In this document: positions 27,305-35,674 of the stretch, piece after piece | Layout of the letters: every line of letters begins with the position of its first letter | Position numbering within the stretch: the stretch's first letter is position 1 | Program-made: the position numbers and the translations under genes | The notes under the pieces: generated by a model | The model's input: the letters and a program-made list of their open reading frames with translations, nothing else | What the model was told of the DNA's origin: nothing | The model's database searches: none | NCBI GenBank assembly: GCA_964437865.1 | Contig: CAYTJG010000002.1 | Span: forward strand, 1 to 62,463 | Direction of reading: 5' to 3' | DNA: 62,463 nucleotides | Origin: an uncultured Bifidobacteriaceae bacterium | GTDB taxonomy: Bacteria > Verrucomicrobiota > Verrucomicrobiia > Limisphaerales > UBA11358

Positions 27305-29098
27305 TCAAAACACCGGCCACACCCAGTCGCCGCGCAGTCGATCTTCGGCGCCTTTGGCGTCCTGGCCGCTCTGGCCGCCATCATCCTTTTCATTCCAACC
27401 CACGGAGTAGAGTACGAACTTGCCGTCCTCGGTGCGCCGATAGTGCATCGGCTGGCCGCCGATGATATCGGGCGGGAGCTTTTCACTATACGCCGGCACC
27501 AACGCATCGAGCGTGGCTGGATACTCGCCCTTCGCCAGCCGATAGCGTTCCAAAGCGCAGGCAATTTGCGCCTCATTCACGAGGTTTTGGTTGAAGGCGG
27601 TGGCCAGGGTGGCTTTGCCGATGTTTGGCACGAAAATCTTGCAAAGGAACACGAAAGGCGAATTTTGGGCGAGAACTTGTTCGTTGGCGAGTTCGTCGTG
27701 GTCAACAGCCGCCGGGGAGATCGTATGGTCCGCGGAATTGAAGCCATCCAAGGCGGTTGACTGGAGGCGGACCAAGTTCGCTTTGTTTTCCTCATGCCAA
27801 CCTTTCGGGGCGAAGCGCAGGTATAGATAAAACGGATCGCGCATTCTGTGCCAAACACTCTGTTCCTCGTTTGGGTTAATGATGAAGGCGATCTTGTCGG
27901 CGGGAGTGGTTCCCAGCGTTCGCACTCCGGATGCCAATTCGGCGCGAAAGGCCTCGACCACCCAAGGAGACAGGTCGATGGTCTGGAGCTGATTTTGCAG
28001 GGCGACCAGTTGCGGTTCCTGCCATTCGCCTAAGCGAAAACCGTCAGCCAAGGCGCTCGTGTAAAGGCCATAGACGGCCACGTTGATCATGGCTTCGACT
28101 AGCGTTTCCGGTCCGCTCCCGGGTGGCTTCCGCAGGATGCGACACACATCGTGGACCAAGGTGAGATCGTGTAGGGCCTCCTTGGGATCATGCAGCAGCA
28201 AATGGCACTGTGCCCGCTGCGCCAGCAGTTGAACCAGGCTGCGCATGACCACAAAATTGGGAATGGGTATCTGGTAAGGCACGGAATAATCTCCTGGCAG
28301 AATCGCGTAAGGCCGCTTGAGCGCTTCACGAACCTCGTTTAATGCCGGCTCGAACTGTTCGCTCCATTTCAAATATTCCGCGGCGGTGGTGACATGGGCA
28401 TCCGTCAGTAAAACGTGGTAGATCTGATGATCGTCAGTGGCCTCGACGTGTAGCGAGCCGAGATTTGAGCACAGATTCTCGGGAACCCATTTTGCAAGCT
28501 CTGTCACGGTGGGGGCAGCCTCGGCGGTGAGAACGATCCGGGCGGAAGTGAGATTGCGCAACGGTTGTTCGGAGAATTTGAATCCGGCGGCTCCGAGTAC
28601 CGACCGCCCGAGGGTCTTTTGAATGATCGCTTGTAATTGGCCGGGCGTGTTTGGTTCGCCGAGTTTGAGGCTAACCGGATTTTGCGCCGTGTGGCCGGGA
28701 GCATCTCCCGGCGACGACAGGAATAACTCAGCCACCAGCAAGGGATTCGTCCGGGTGTTCACGAAAGCTGGAAAGTCAAATTCAATTCGGAGCCACTTGT
28801 TGGATATGTTGGATAAGGCCAGCGCAATTTCCGAGTCAGTTTGCGCCTTTTTAAACCGCCGCAAAATATTCCTGCTGGCCATGTAAAAATTCTGGTCATC
28901 CGGCACCGGCTTCGGCATGAACTTGTCCCAATCCAACACCAAGCCTTTGGTTTCCATTTCCGCTTTGCCTTGTTCCCAGGCTCGTTTACCGCGCCAGTCT
29001 TCTTCGAGATAAAACAGCGCCACAGCGGTCGCGAGCACGGCCAGCACGAGGAGAGTCCATCGTTGCCACTGGCGGCTTGGTTTGATTGGTTCATTCAT
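27305..29098 (-). CDS. Uncharacterized membrane-anchored protein (P597) with a pseudopilin (GspG)-like C-terminal module, a paralog of 32159..33559
   Basis: It has a single N-terminal TM (WTLLVLAVLATAVALFYL) and a long helical region. The C-terminus reads CALERYRLAKGEYPATLDALVPAYSEKLPPDIIGGQPMHYRR..FVLYSVGWNEKDDGG..GDWVW. It aligns clearly with the 466-aa ORF. Confidence 0.75.
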   Translation of the reverse strand: MNEPIKPSRQWQRWTLLVLAVLATAVALFYLEEDWRGKRAWEQGKAEMETKGLVLDWDKFMPKPVPDDQNFYMASRNILRRFKKAQTDSEIALALSNISNKWLRIEFDFPAFVNTRTNPLLVAELFLSSPGDAPGHTAQNPVSLKLGEPNTPGQLQAIIQKTLGRSVLGAAGFKFSEQPLRNLTSARIVLTAEAAPTVTELAKWVPENLCSNLGSLHVEATDDHQIYHVLLTDAHVTTAAEYLKWSEQFEPALNEVREALKRPYAILPGDYSVPYQIPIPNFVVMRSLVQLLAQRAQCHLLLHDPKEALHDLTLVHDVCRILRKPPGSGPETLVEAMINVAVYGLYTSALADGFRLGEWQEPQLVALQNQLQTIDLSPWVVEAFRAELASGVRTLGTTPADKIAFIINPNEEQSVWHRMRDPFYLYLRFAPKGWHEENKANLVRLQSTALDGFNSADHTISPAAVDHDELANEQVLAQNSPFVFLCKIFVPNIGKATLATAFNQNLVNEAQIACALERYRLAKGEYPATLDALVPAYSEKLPPDIIGGQPMHYRRTEDGKFVLYSVGWNEKDDGGQSGQDAKGAEDRLRGDWVWPVF

Positions 29099-29123
29099 AG
29101 TTGGAAAATGGTTCTGCCGTCTT

Positions 29124-29141
29124 GGCCGACGCCCGTCGGCC
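29124..29141. repeat. Inverted repeat GGCCGACG-CC-CGTCGGCC
   Basis: It is read directly from the sequence and lies 26 nt upstream of the P597 ATG on the minus strand. Confidence 0.7.
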
Positions 29142-29156
29142 GCACTTCAGAATTGG

Positions 29157-29238
29157 GTGTTGAATGTTGAGTGTTGAATGTTCTCTTTAGATCCCCTGTT
29201 CAAACCGCCTTGATCAGTGTCCATCCGTGTCCATCCGT
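29157..29238. repeat. Two short tandem direct repeats in the anti-sigma/P597 intergenic region
   Basis: GTGTTGAATGTT occurs at 29157-29168 and again at 29171-29182. The 10-nt unit GTGTCCATCC occurs twice at 29217-29236. Confidence 0.8.
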
Positions 29239-29278
29239 AGTTGAAATTCTTCTTTAACACCAGCGCCTGACCCAGTCT

Positions 29279-29851
29279 TCATGCCGCTCGAATATCCATC
29301 GTTTCCGAGCGCGGTTTGGGCACAAATCTGGGCCGTTCCGCCGCGAGCGGTCCGGAGCGATCGGCCAGCAGTTCATTCAAGATATGTTGTTGCTCCTGAT
29401 AGGCCAACAGGACTTCACGCGTTATGGGCGGCGATGCTTTCACCAGGACGCGCGGATGGTCTTGCAGTGAGAAATGCCCGATCAAAATTAACACCCAGAC
29501 CGCCGCCAAACCCACCCAAACGCGGCGCGACGACCAGATGACATCGCGCCACCAGCCGCCCGCTGCGGCCGACACCGGGATGCGACTGACCGTCTTGGGG
29601 TTGGCGGCCCGGCGGAGGGACTCCGCCCAATGCTCCCTGGCTTCCGGGCGCGGCTGGAGCGGGGGCTGGCTTTCCGCCCAGCCGGCGAGCGTAGCCGCGG
29701 TGCCTTGGAGTTCCGTAAAATACTTTTGGCAGGGCGCGCAGGCGGCTAAATGAACTTCAATCGCGGTGCGTTCCGCTTCCGGGAGCACGCCTGCCGCCAG
29801 CAGCGCTAGGTCCGGGCGGTGGCGCCGGCAGGGATTGAAGAACCGTTTCAT
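29279..29851 (-). CDS. Anti-sigma factor, zinc-binding (ZAS) type, single TM
   Basis: It has the HxxxCxxC motif HLAACAPC, the TM VWVGLAAVWVLILIGHF and only about 60 residues beyond the TM. Its start overlaps the sigma stop as ATGA. Confidence 0.8.
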   Translation of the reverse strand: MKRFFNPCRRHRPDLALLAAGVLPEAERTAIEVHLAACAPCQKYFTELQGTAATLAGWAESQPPLQPRPEAREHWAESLRRAANPKTVSRIPVSAAAGGWWRDVIWSSRRVWVGLAAVWVLILIGHFSLQDHPRVLVKASPPITREVLLAYQEQQHILNELLADRSGPLAAERPRFVPKPRSETMDIRAA

Positions 29852-30525
29852 ATCTGTTTATCCCCCGCCAACTCGGAGAGGTTCATTTTCATTTTGCGCA
29901 ATTTATCGAGGGCGTGATGCAAGCGGGATTTCACCGTGCCCACCGAACAGCCGAGTACCGCCGCCATGTCCGGCAGGGAGGCGTCCTCGAAGAAGCGCAG
30001 CAGAATCACCTGCCGATGCTTTTCCGGCAGGTGTGCCACGGATTGGCGCACGCGCGCATTGAGTTCGTTCTGTGCCAGGGTGGCGGCCGGCGAAGGTTCG
30101 GTGGCGGGCAGGTTGGCTTGGCGGTCCTCGCAATCCTGGGCGTCAAAGAAGGACAGCCAGGCGAGCGGAAACGGGCGCGAGCGGGCGCGGCGGAGGGCAT
30201 TGTAATGGCGATGCAGCAAAATGGCATAAAGCCAAGTCGAGAGGCGGCAGGAACGATCGTAGCGGGGCAGGCATTTCCAAGCCTCCACGAGCGTTTCCGA
30301 CACCAGATCTTCCGCCGCGCTCAAATCGCCGGTCAGCGCCGCGGCCTGTCGCAGCAGCCGGGCTTGCTGCGGTCCGGTGAGCCGGTCGAAAGCCTGTGTA
30401 TTCCCGGTGCAGGCTTGGGATAAAAGGTCGTTCTGAAGCAACGACAAACGATCTTCCCGCCCGGGGGAGGCGGAAGAGAATTCCTGGCAGTCTGATGGTG
30501 CAAGCTGGTCGTCTGTAGTGACCAT
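29848..30525 (-). CDS. ECF-type RNA polymerase sigma-70 family factor
   Basis: The region 2 pattern is AEDLVSETLVEAWKCLPRYD and the region 4 pattern is EKHRQVILLRFFEDASLPDMAAVLGCSVGTVKSRLHHAL. Confidence 0.88.
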   Translation of the reverse strand: MVTTDDQLAPSDCQEFSSASPGREDRLSLLQNDLLSQACTGNTQAFDRLTGPQQARLLRQAAALTGDLSAAEDLVSETLVEAWKCLPRYDRSCRLSTWLYAILLHRHYNALRRARSRPFPLAWLSFFDAQDCEDRQANLPATEPSPAATLAQNELNARVRQSVAHLPEKHRQVILLRFFEDASLPDMAAVLGCSVGTVKSRLHHALDKLRKMKMNLSELAGDKQI

Positions 30526-30680
30526 GTATTAATGGTTAATCTCCGCGGACGCCGAAAGGGTTCAAAGAAAGATGCCGCCTGCCGGACCCAGCCGCGCACC
30601 GAGACCAGCCAAATTTCCCTTTCGGTAGCGAACCACAGCGGTTCGTTTCAACCTCAAGGGCTCAGGCCGACCAATTGAAA

Positions 30681-31658
30681 TCACGCCGACGTCGCGGCCG
30701 TGGACTGGCAATTGGCATTCCGTGAAGCGCAGCCGGCTCCGCACCGGCCGGCGAGCGAGGCGCTCAGCAGTCCGATCAACAGTGCGAAAAAGGACCCTTT
30801 GGCCGTCCGCGAGAGATCGGCCGTCCGCTGGACGGCGATTTCGTCCGTGGCGGCTTGGGCGGTTTGTTCCACCGCGATTCGATGGTTGTTCAGCTCGGCT
30901 TTGACCCTGTCCAGTTCCGCCTGGAGATTATTGTGGGACATCGTCCAGGCATCCATGGTGGTGGTCGCATCCGCGGCGCTCATCTGCGTGTAAACCGCCA
31001 GGGTGTTGATGGCATCCAAGCGATTGGCCGGGAAGGCGGCGGTGTTTTCCGGGGCGAATAATTTGGTGAGGGCAAAGCCGACTTCGCGTTGGGCGCGGGT
31101 GGCGGCTTTGGGCTCTGAATTGGTCGTGATGGATTGAATGGCCTCCACGACAAAGCTGTCCAGTTGATCCTGGTTGCGTTTCGTTGCGGCCTTGGCGAAA
31201 TCATCCTCCGCGACGGCCAGAGTCTGGCGGCTGCTGCGCAGGGTTTCCGCCTGGTGTTTCATGGCCCGGTGCGCCGCCAGGGCGGTGCCCAGAGCGAGGC
31301 CGGGCAGCGTGAGGACCACGGTGAGACTCCAAACCAGAACGCCATGCAGCAGGCCGCTGCGCAAACAACCCGACAATCGCCCCGCCACCCAGCCGCCAAG
31401 CGATAAGGCGATGATCGCAAACAGGCTCCAGGCAACCAACCTGCCCGCGCTCAAATGCGCGGCCGGATTGACCTCTGCCACGGGCTTGAAAAATGTCAGG
31501 CCGGCACCCGCTCCCAGCGTGAGGAGTAGCCAATGAATGCTGAGGGCGACCAGCGTGCCAGCCAGAACGGCACCCCAACACAAGGAATGGTGCAATGGGC
31601 GTTTGCAATTTGTATCAGTCGTCTCCGTGGACGACGGGATTGGCGGTGCGATGCTCAT
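30681..31658 (-). CDS. Uncharacterized polytopic membrane protein: 3 TM, a helical domain of about 170 aa, then a C-terminal TM and Cys-rich tail
   Basis: Hydrophobic segments are WGAVLAGTLVALSIHWLLLTLGAGAGL, LVAWSLFAIIALSLGGWVAG, LLHGVLVWSLTVVLTLPGLALGTALAA and SFFALLIGLLSASLAG. I recognise no family. The start is ambiguous between ATG 31658 (MSIAPP) and ATG 31724, and the latter lies inside a palindrome. Confidence 0.6.
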   Translation of the reverse strand: MSIAPPIPSSTETTDTNCKRPLHHSLCWGAVLAGTLVALSIHWLLLTLGAGAGLTFFKPVAEVNPAAHLSAGRLVAWSLFAIIALSLGGWVAGRLSGCLRSGLLHGVLVWSLTVVLTLPGLALGTALAAHRAMKHQAETLRSSRQTLAVAEDDFAKAATKRNQDQLDSFVVEAIQSITTNSEPKAATRAQREVGFALTKLFAPENTAAFPANRLDAINTLAVYTQMSAADATTTMDAWTMSHNNLQAELDRVKAELNNHRIAVEQTAQAATDEIAVQRTADLSRTAKGSFFALLIGLLSASLAGRCGAGCASRNANCQSTAATSA

Positions 31659-31691
31659 GCGCAAATATCGCCGGGATGCCCTGGTGAATCG

Positions 31692-31724
31692 ATGGGGTAT
31701 AACCCGGTTGGGGTTATACCCCAT
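31692..31724. promoter_or_regulatory. Perfect 14-bp inverted repeat ATGGGGTATAACCC-N5-GGGTTATACCCCAT
   Basis: It is read directly from the sequence and lies 34-66 nt upstream of the MSIAPP start of the membrane protein. Each arm contains a TATAAC/GTTATA element. Its function is unknown. Confidence 0.5.
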
Positions 31725-31867
31725 GGCAAAGCCTCCTCCGGCGCGTTAGTTTGAGTCGTTGACTACTCGAACCAAGACAGCGCAATCGTTTTGGGGGCGG
31801 TGGCGGTTTGTCTGGCCGCCACTGATGGTCAACAAGATTGAATCATTACTGCTACCAACCACTGAAT

Positions 31868-32056
31868 ATGAAATGGATTTTGTTATCGGTCTGCGGCTGT
31901 CTGCTGCTCTTTACTTCTGGCTGTCTGTCTTCCAGCGAGGAATGGCGCGGGCACGCGAAGAACGCCAGTCTCGGCGGTATTGCCACTGGACAATCGGAAA
32001 TTGAGGTTTGGCCTCTCGCCAGCAGTGGGCGTCCACCGGAAATCATCGCCCGATAG
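31868..32056 (+). CDS. Possible small lipoprotein (62 aa)
   Basis: The sequence MKWILLSVCGCLLLFTSGC resembles a lipoprotein signal. I see no Shine-Dalgarno sequence, and it is the only plus-strand ORF in a minus-strand block, so it may be spurious. Confidence 0.3.
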   Translation: MKWILLSVCGCLLLFTSGCLSSSEEWRGHAKNASLGGIATGQSEIEVWPLASSGRPPEIIAR

Positions 32057-32158
32057 TGGGAGGAAGGTGGGATGAGAATTATCCATCATCCCACGGCCGG
32101 AGCATCACTTTGAAATCCTTTGGACGCGGCCAGGTATTTGCCTCTCCGCCGCGCTCCC

Positions 32159-33559
32159 TTATGGCTCCGGGTAATGCCAGACCCAATCGCCCACGTCGCC
32201 ATCCTCCGTACCGTCGCCTTTGCGGGCAATGACGCCGCCGTCATCCACTTCGTTCCAGCCCACCGAGTAGAGTAGAAAGTTTTGTTCATCCTTGTGCACA
32301 TAAATCATCGGTTTGCCGGTGATGATGTCCTGGGGCAGTTGGCTGATGAATTCCGGCACCAGCGCCGCGAGGGTGGGGGGATATTGTCCGTGGCGAAGCC
32401 GATAGCATTCGAGCGCGCACACGATTTGTGCGTGGTCCACCCAAGTCTGGCCGCGGGCCACTGTCGACGCCGCCTTGGCGAAATTCGGCACGCACCGGCC
32501 GGCAATGAAATTCCGGGTTGTCGTGCGCCGAAACGTGTCGTCCACGCGCACATTGGTGGCTTTGGCCTTGGCGGGCGAAACGGTCCGGTTGGTCGGGTTT
32601 ACACTTTCAATCATCTGCTCCTCGAGGTCAGCGACGAGAATCTTGTTTTGGTCCAGCCATCCCTGCGGCAGGAAGCACCAGCGCAGATCGGTCAATGAAT
32701 TCAGTTGGCTGCGGGATTGCCACAGCTCACCCACGTATTGGTCGATCGTGCGGCAGGCGGCGGCCCGTTCGGTTTGGAAGGAAACGACGAGCAGCGGCGG
32801 CAGATGAATCCCGGCCAACTGATCTTGGAGCACGGCCAACTCGGGTTCGCGCCAGGTGTGTGAATCCAATCCGTCCGCGATGGCATTCACATACTGTCGG
32901 GTGAGGGCCACGTGAATCATCGCGGAAACCAGCAGTATCGGCCTGCCGTCTTTGACTAGCGTGAGATTCAGGTCGTGCAGCAAGGTCAGATCATCCAAGG
33001 CTTTTTCCGGCTGGTTCAAGGCCAGGTGGCAGCGGGCCTGATGGGACAGCACCTGTCCCAGGGCGCGATAGGTGATATAGTTCGGGAGCGGCTCGGAGAA
33101 TGGCTTTTGGTAGTCGCCGTCAATGTGGGCGGCCGGCCGCTTGAGCGCTTCGCGAACCAGGTTGAATTGGGGCTCGAGGGTCGTACACCAGGCCAGATAA
33201 TTGCTCGCGGAAATGGCATCAAACGCATCGCTGCTGGTCTCCGGATTGTCCAGCGAGTTGTAAAGGGGCCGGCCGGTTCGCGGGCTGCTGGTGGTGGTGG
33301 CTCGTTCGAACCATTCGGCCATCATGGGGGCGGCAAAGAAATTCTCGTTGGTGGGCGGCGGATGCGGAATGTAATCGTCCCAGTTCAACGACCCGCCGCG
33401 CGCGTTGATCTCCTGCTCGACTTTTTGCCAGTCGCGCCGGCCGCGGGCATTTTGATCAGCGAAAAAGGCGCCCAGAATGATGACCAGAATGGCCACCGCG
33501 ATCGCTGCCCGCCAGAGCAGCGTTTTCCAGGAACTGTTCACCCGGCCATGTTTGGGCAA
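32159..33559 (-). CDS. Uncharacterized membrane-anchored protein (P466), a paralog of 27305..29098
   Basis: It has an N-terminal TM (LLWRAAIAVAILVIILGAFF), and its C-terminus reads CALECYRLRHGQYPPTLAALVPEFISQLPQDIITGKPMIYVH..FLLYSVGWNEVDDGG..GDWVW. The start is TTG at 33559 or GTG at 33541, and the gene begins 30 nt after the GH29 stop. Confidence 0.75.
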   Translation of the reverse strand: MPKHGRVNSSWKTLLWRAAIAVAILVIILGAFFADQNARGRRDWQKVEQEINARGGSLNWDDYIPHPPPTNENFFAAPMMAEWFERATTTSSPRTGRPLYNSLDNPETSSDAFDAISASNYLAWCTTLEPQFNLVREALKRPAAHIDGDYQKPFSEPLPNYITYRALGQVLSHQARCHLALNQPEKALDDLTLLHDLNLTLVKDGRPILLVSAMIHVALTRQYVNAIADGLDSHTWREPELAVLQDQLAGIHLPPLLVVSFQTERAAACRTIDQYVGELWQSRSQLNSLTDLRWCFLPQGWLDQNKILVADLEEQMIESVNPTNRTVSPAKAKATNVRVDDTFRRTTTRNFIAGRCVPNFAKAASTVARGQTWVDHAQIVCALECYRLRHGQYPPTLAALVPEFISQLPQDIITGKPMIYVHKDEQNFLLYSVGWNEVDDGGVIARKGDGTEDGDVGDWVWHYPEP

Positions 33560-33589
33560 ATGGGTAAAGACGTCAACTTGCTCCTCGGC

Positions 33590-35263
33590 CTACTTTTGCC
33601 GGAGTTCGATTTCGTTGATGGTGGGGCCTTCGCTGGCGTCCAGGATGTTCAACCGAAATTCCCGGGCGGTGACCAGGGCGAACGATTGTGTGAAATCCGC
33701 CCCCAACGTGGTGCCCGTCAAAAGCGTCCGCCAATCATCGCCGAGCCGGTATTGAAGTTCAAATCGCTGCACCCGGTTGGGAAAGGCCTCGCTGATGCGC
33801 ACCTGATTCACCACGCGCGGCTGTTTGTACTTCACCACTATCCACGCCTGCTTGGTCCCTTCATCCGTCGCCCAGCGCGTCTGATCATTCTGGTCAAAGG
33901 CGAAAGCGGGACCAAAGCCCGCCTGGTCGTTTTGATAGACGTTTGACGCGGTGGCCTCGTATTGCGGCGGCAGCGCCACCGCCGGGATATCCATGGCCGA
34001 ACCCGCCAGCTTCAATTTCACCACCGTGTCATTCGGATCACGCGCCTCCGGGGGCGCACTGATCGTCAAGGTGCCGTCGCGCTGGCTCCACTGGACCGGG
34101 CGGCCGTTGAGCAGCGACGCGGACTTGATCAACGGCGGCAAGGCCGGCAACTCGACCGCCCCGCCGTCCCAGTGGAGGACGTGAAGATAAACAACGTTTC
34201 CCTTGCGCGTGCTCGCGATGGCTTTGGTCGGCTTCCAAGGCCCGCCGCGGGTGCCGTAGATGCTCTCGCCGTTCGGTTTCAGCCACTCGCCCACCTGGCG
34301 CAGCACGTCCACCTGGCGCGGCTCAATCCGGCCATCCGGCATCGGCCCCACGTCCAGCAGCAGGTTGCCATCGCCGCCAACACATTGCGCCAGAATGTGG
34401 ATGACCTCGGCCGACGATTTGAGCTGATCGTCCGGCTTCCAAGCCCATTGGGTGCCGATGGTCATACAGGTCTCCCACGGTGTGGTGTCGTTGTAAACCC
34501 CGATGCGTTGTTCCGGGGTGAAGAAATCCTCGTTCGTCAGCAACCGGCCCTGATGGCCCCATTCTTCGAACGAGCCCATTTGCAGCCGGTTATTGATGAG
34601 GATCTGGGGCTGCAATCCCCGCACCAGGGCGTAGGTCGTGGTTGGATCCCACATGGCCGGCCGACCGTCGGTATCGAACCACAGGACGGAGATTTTGCCA
34701 TAGTTGGCTAGCAACTCCCGCAGCTCGGCCTGGTATTTGCGGTTGAACCGGTCGTTATTCGTGGAGCGACAGTCCGGGTCGCGCCAGTCCATTTCGGAGA
34801 AGTACCAGCCGATTTTAAGATTCTCGTGCCGTACGGCGCGGGCCAGTTCGGCGCAGACGTCCCGTCGGAACGGCGTGGCGCTGATGTTGTAGCCGTCCAC
34901 CTGGGAATTCCACAGCAGGAAGCCGTCGCCATGTTTGGCGGTGAGTACCACGTACTTCATGCCGGCGGACCGGGCGATACGGGCCCATTCCCGGGCGTCG
35001 AAGTTGGTGGGATTGAATCGTTCGTAGAGGTGGTCGTACACGTCCGCCGGAGTGGGGCCGTCGTTGGGACAATTGGTGTTGGAATTGGCCCGGGACCAAC
35101 TGATTTCCTGGCCGGTGAGGCTGACGGGGCCCCAGTGGACGAACAGGCCAAAGCGAGCCTCGCGCCACCAAGCCAGCCGGGCGGTGTGCTCGGCCGGCGT
35201 TTCGGCTTGCGAGGCCACGGTGCTCGCGAGTAAGACCAGCAGGATCAGGTGTTTCCAGTTCAT
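33590..35263 (-). CDS. GH29 alpha-L-fucosidase with a C-terminal F5/8 type C (discoidin) domain
   Basis: It has a signal peptide, the GH29 opening WWREARFGLFVHWGPVS, and a C-terminal segment FAFDQNDQTRWATDE...FRLNILD. Confidence 0.88.
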   Translation of the reverse strand: MNWKHLILLVLLASTVASQAETPAEHTARLAWWREARFGLFVHWGPVSLTGQEISWSRANSNTNCPNDGPTPADVYDHLYERFNPTNFDAREWARIARSAGMKYVVLTAKHGDGFLLWNSQVDGYNISATPFRRDVCAELARAVRHENLKIGWYFSEMDWRDPDCRSTNNDRFNRKYQAELRELLANYGKISVLWFDTDGRPAMWDPTTTYALVRGLQPQILINNRLQMGSFEEWGHQGRLLTNEDFFTPEQRIGVYNDTTPWETCMTIGTQWAWKPDDQLKSSAEVIHILAQCVGGDGNLLLDVGPMPDGRIEPRQVDVLRQVGEWLKPNGESIYGTRGGPWKPTKAIASTRKGNVVYLHVLHWDGGAVELPALPPLIKSASLLNGRPVQWSQRDGTLTISAPPEARDPNDTVVKLKLAGSAMDIPAVALPPQYEATASNVYQNDQAGFGPAFAFDQNDQTRWATDEGTKQAWIVVKYKQPRVVNQVRISEAFPNRVQRFELQYRLGDDWRTLLTGTTLGADFTQSFALVTAREFRLNILDASEGPTINEIELRQK

Positions 35264-35674
35264 TTTGCTTATAGGCTAAGTTCGTACGGGCGACGTTCAT
35301 CCACCTGCGTGGCGATTCCCCGGTCGATTCGGTTGACTTTTACGAAGGATATTGAACGCGCCCGCGGTGGCCAGTCTGGAATTGTGGGCGCGAAGGGTTC
35401 GTTTTTTGCCGCTTGGTGTCGGCGGGGCGTGCGGCCAGATTAGGGCGCATGATCAATCACGGCATTCTGGTTGAATTCAAGCAGCGGGTGCCGGCGGCCA
35501 TCGGCCTGATCCGCACGGGAGATACCGTCCAGTACACCAATACGGTTTTGATTTCGGGTTGAGAGCGTCCGCACGCATGGGCGCTAAACTGGCCGGGGTC
35601 TGAAATCTCGCCCGACCCAAAAACTGGCATGGGTTCCGCTACAGGGGATGGGGTACCACCGAAAAGGGGTTTAA

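Noticed and set aside
35449-35562. A 37-aa ATG-started small ORF (MINHGILVEFKQRVPAAIGLIRTGDTVQYTNTVLISG) in the GH29/NasS-like intergenic region.
   Set aside because: I see no Shine-Dalgarno sequence, no recognisable family and no partner gene. It is too short to support from sequence alone.
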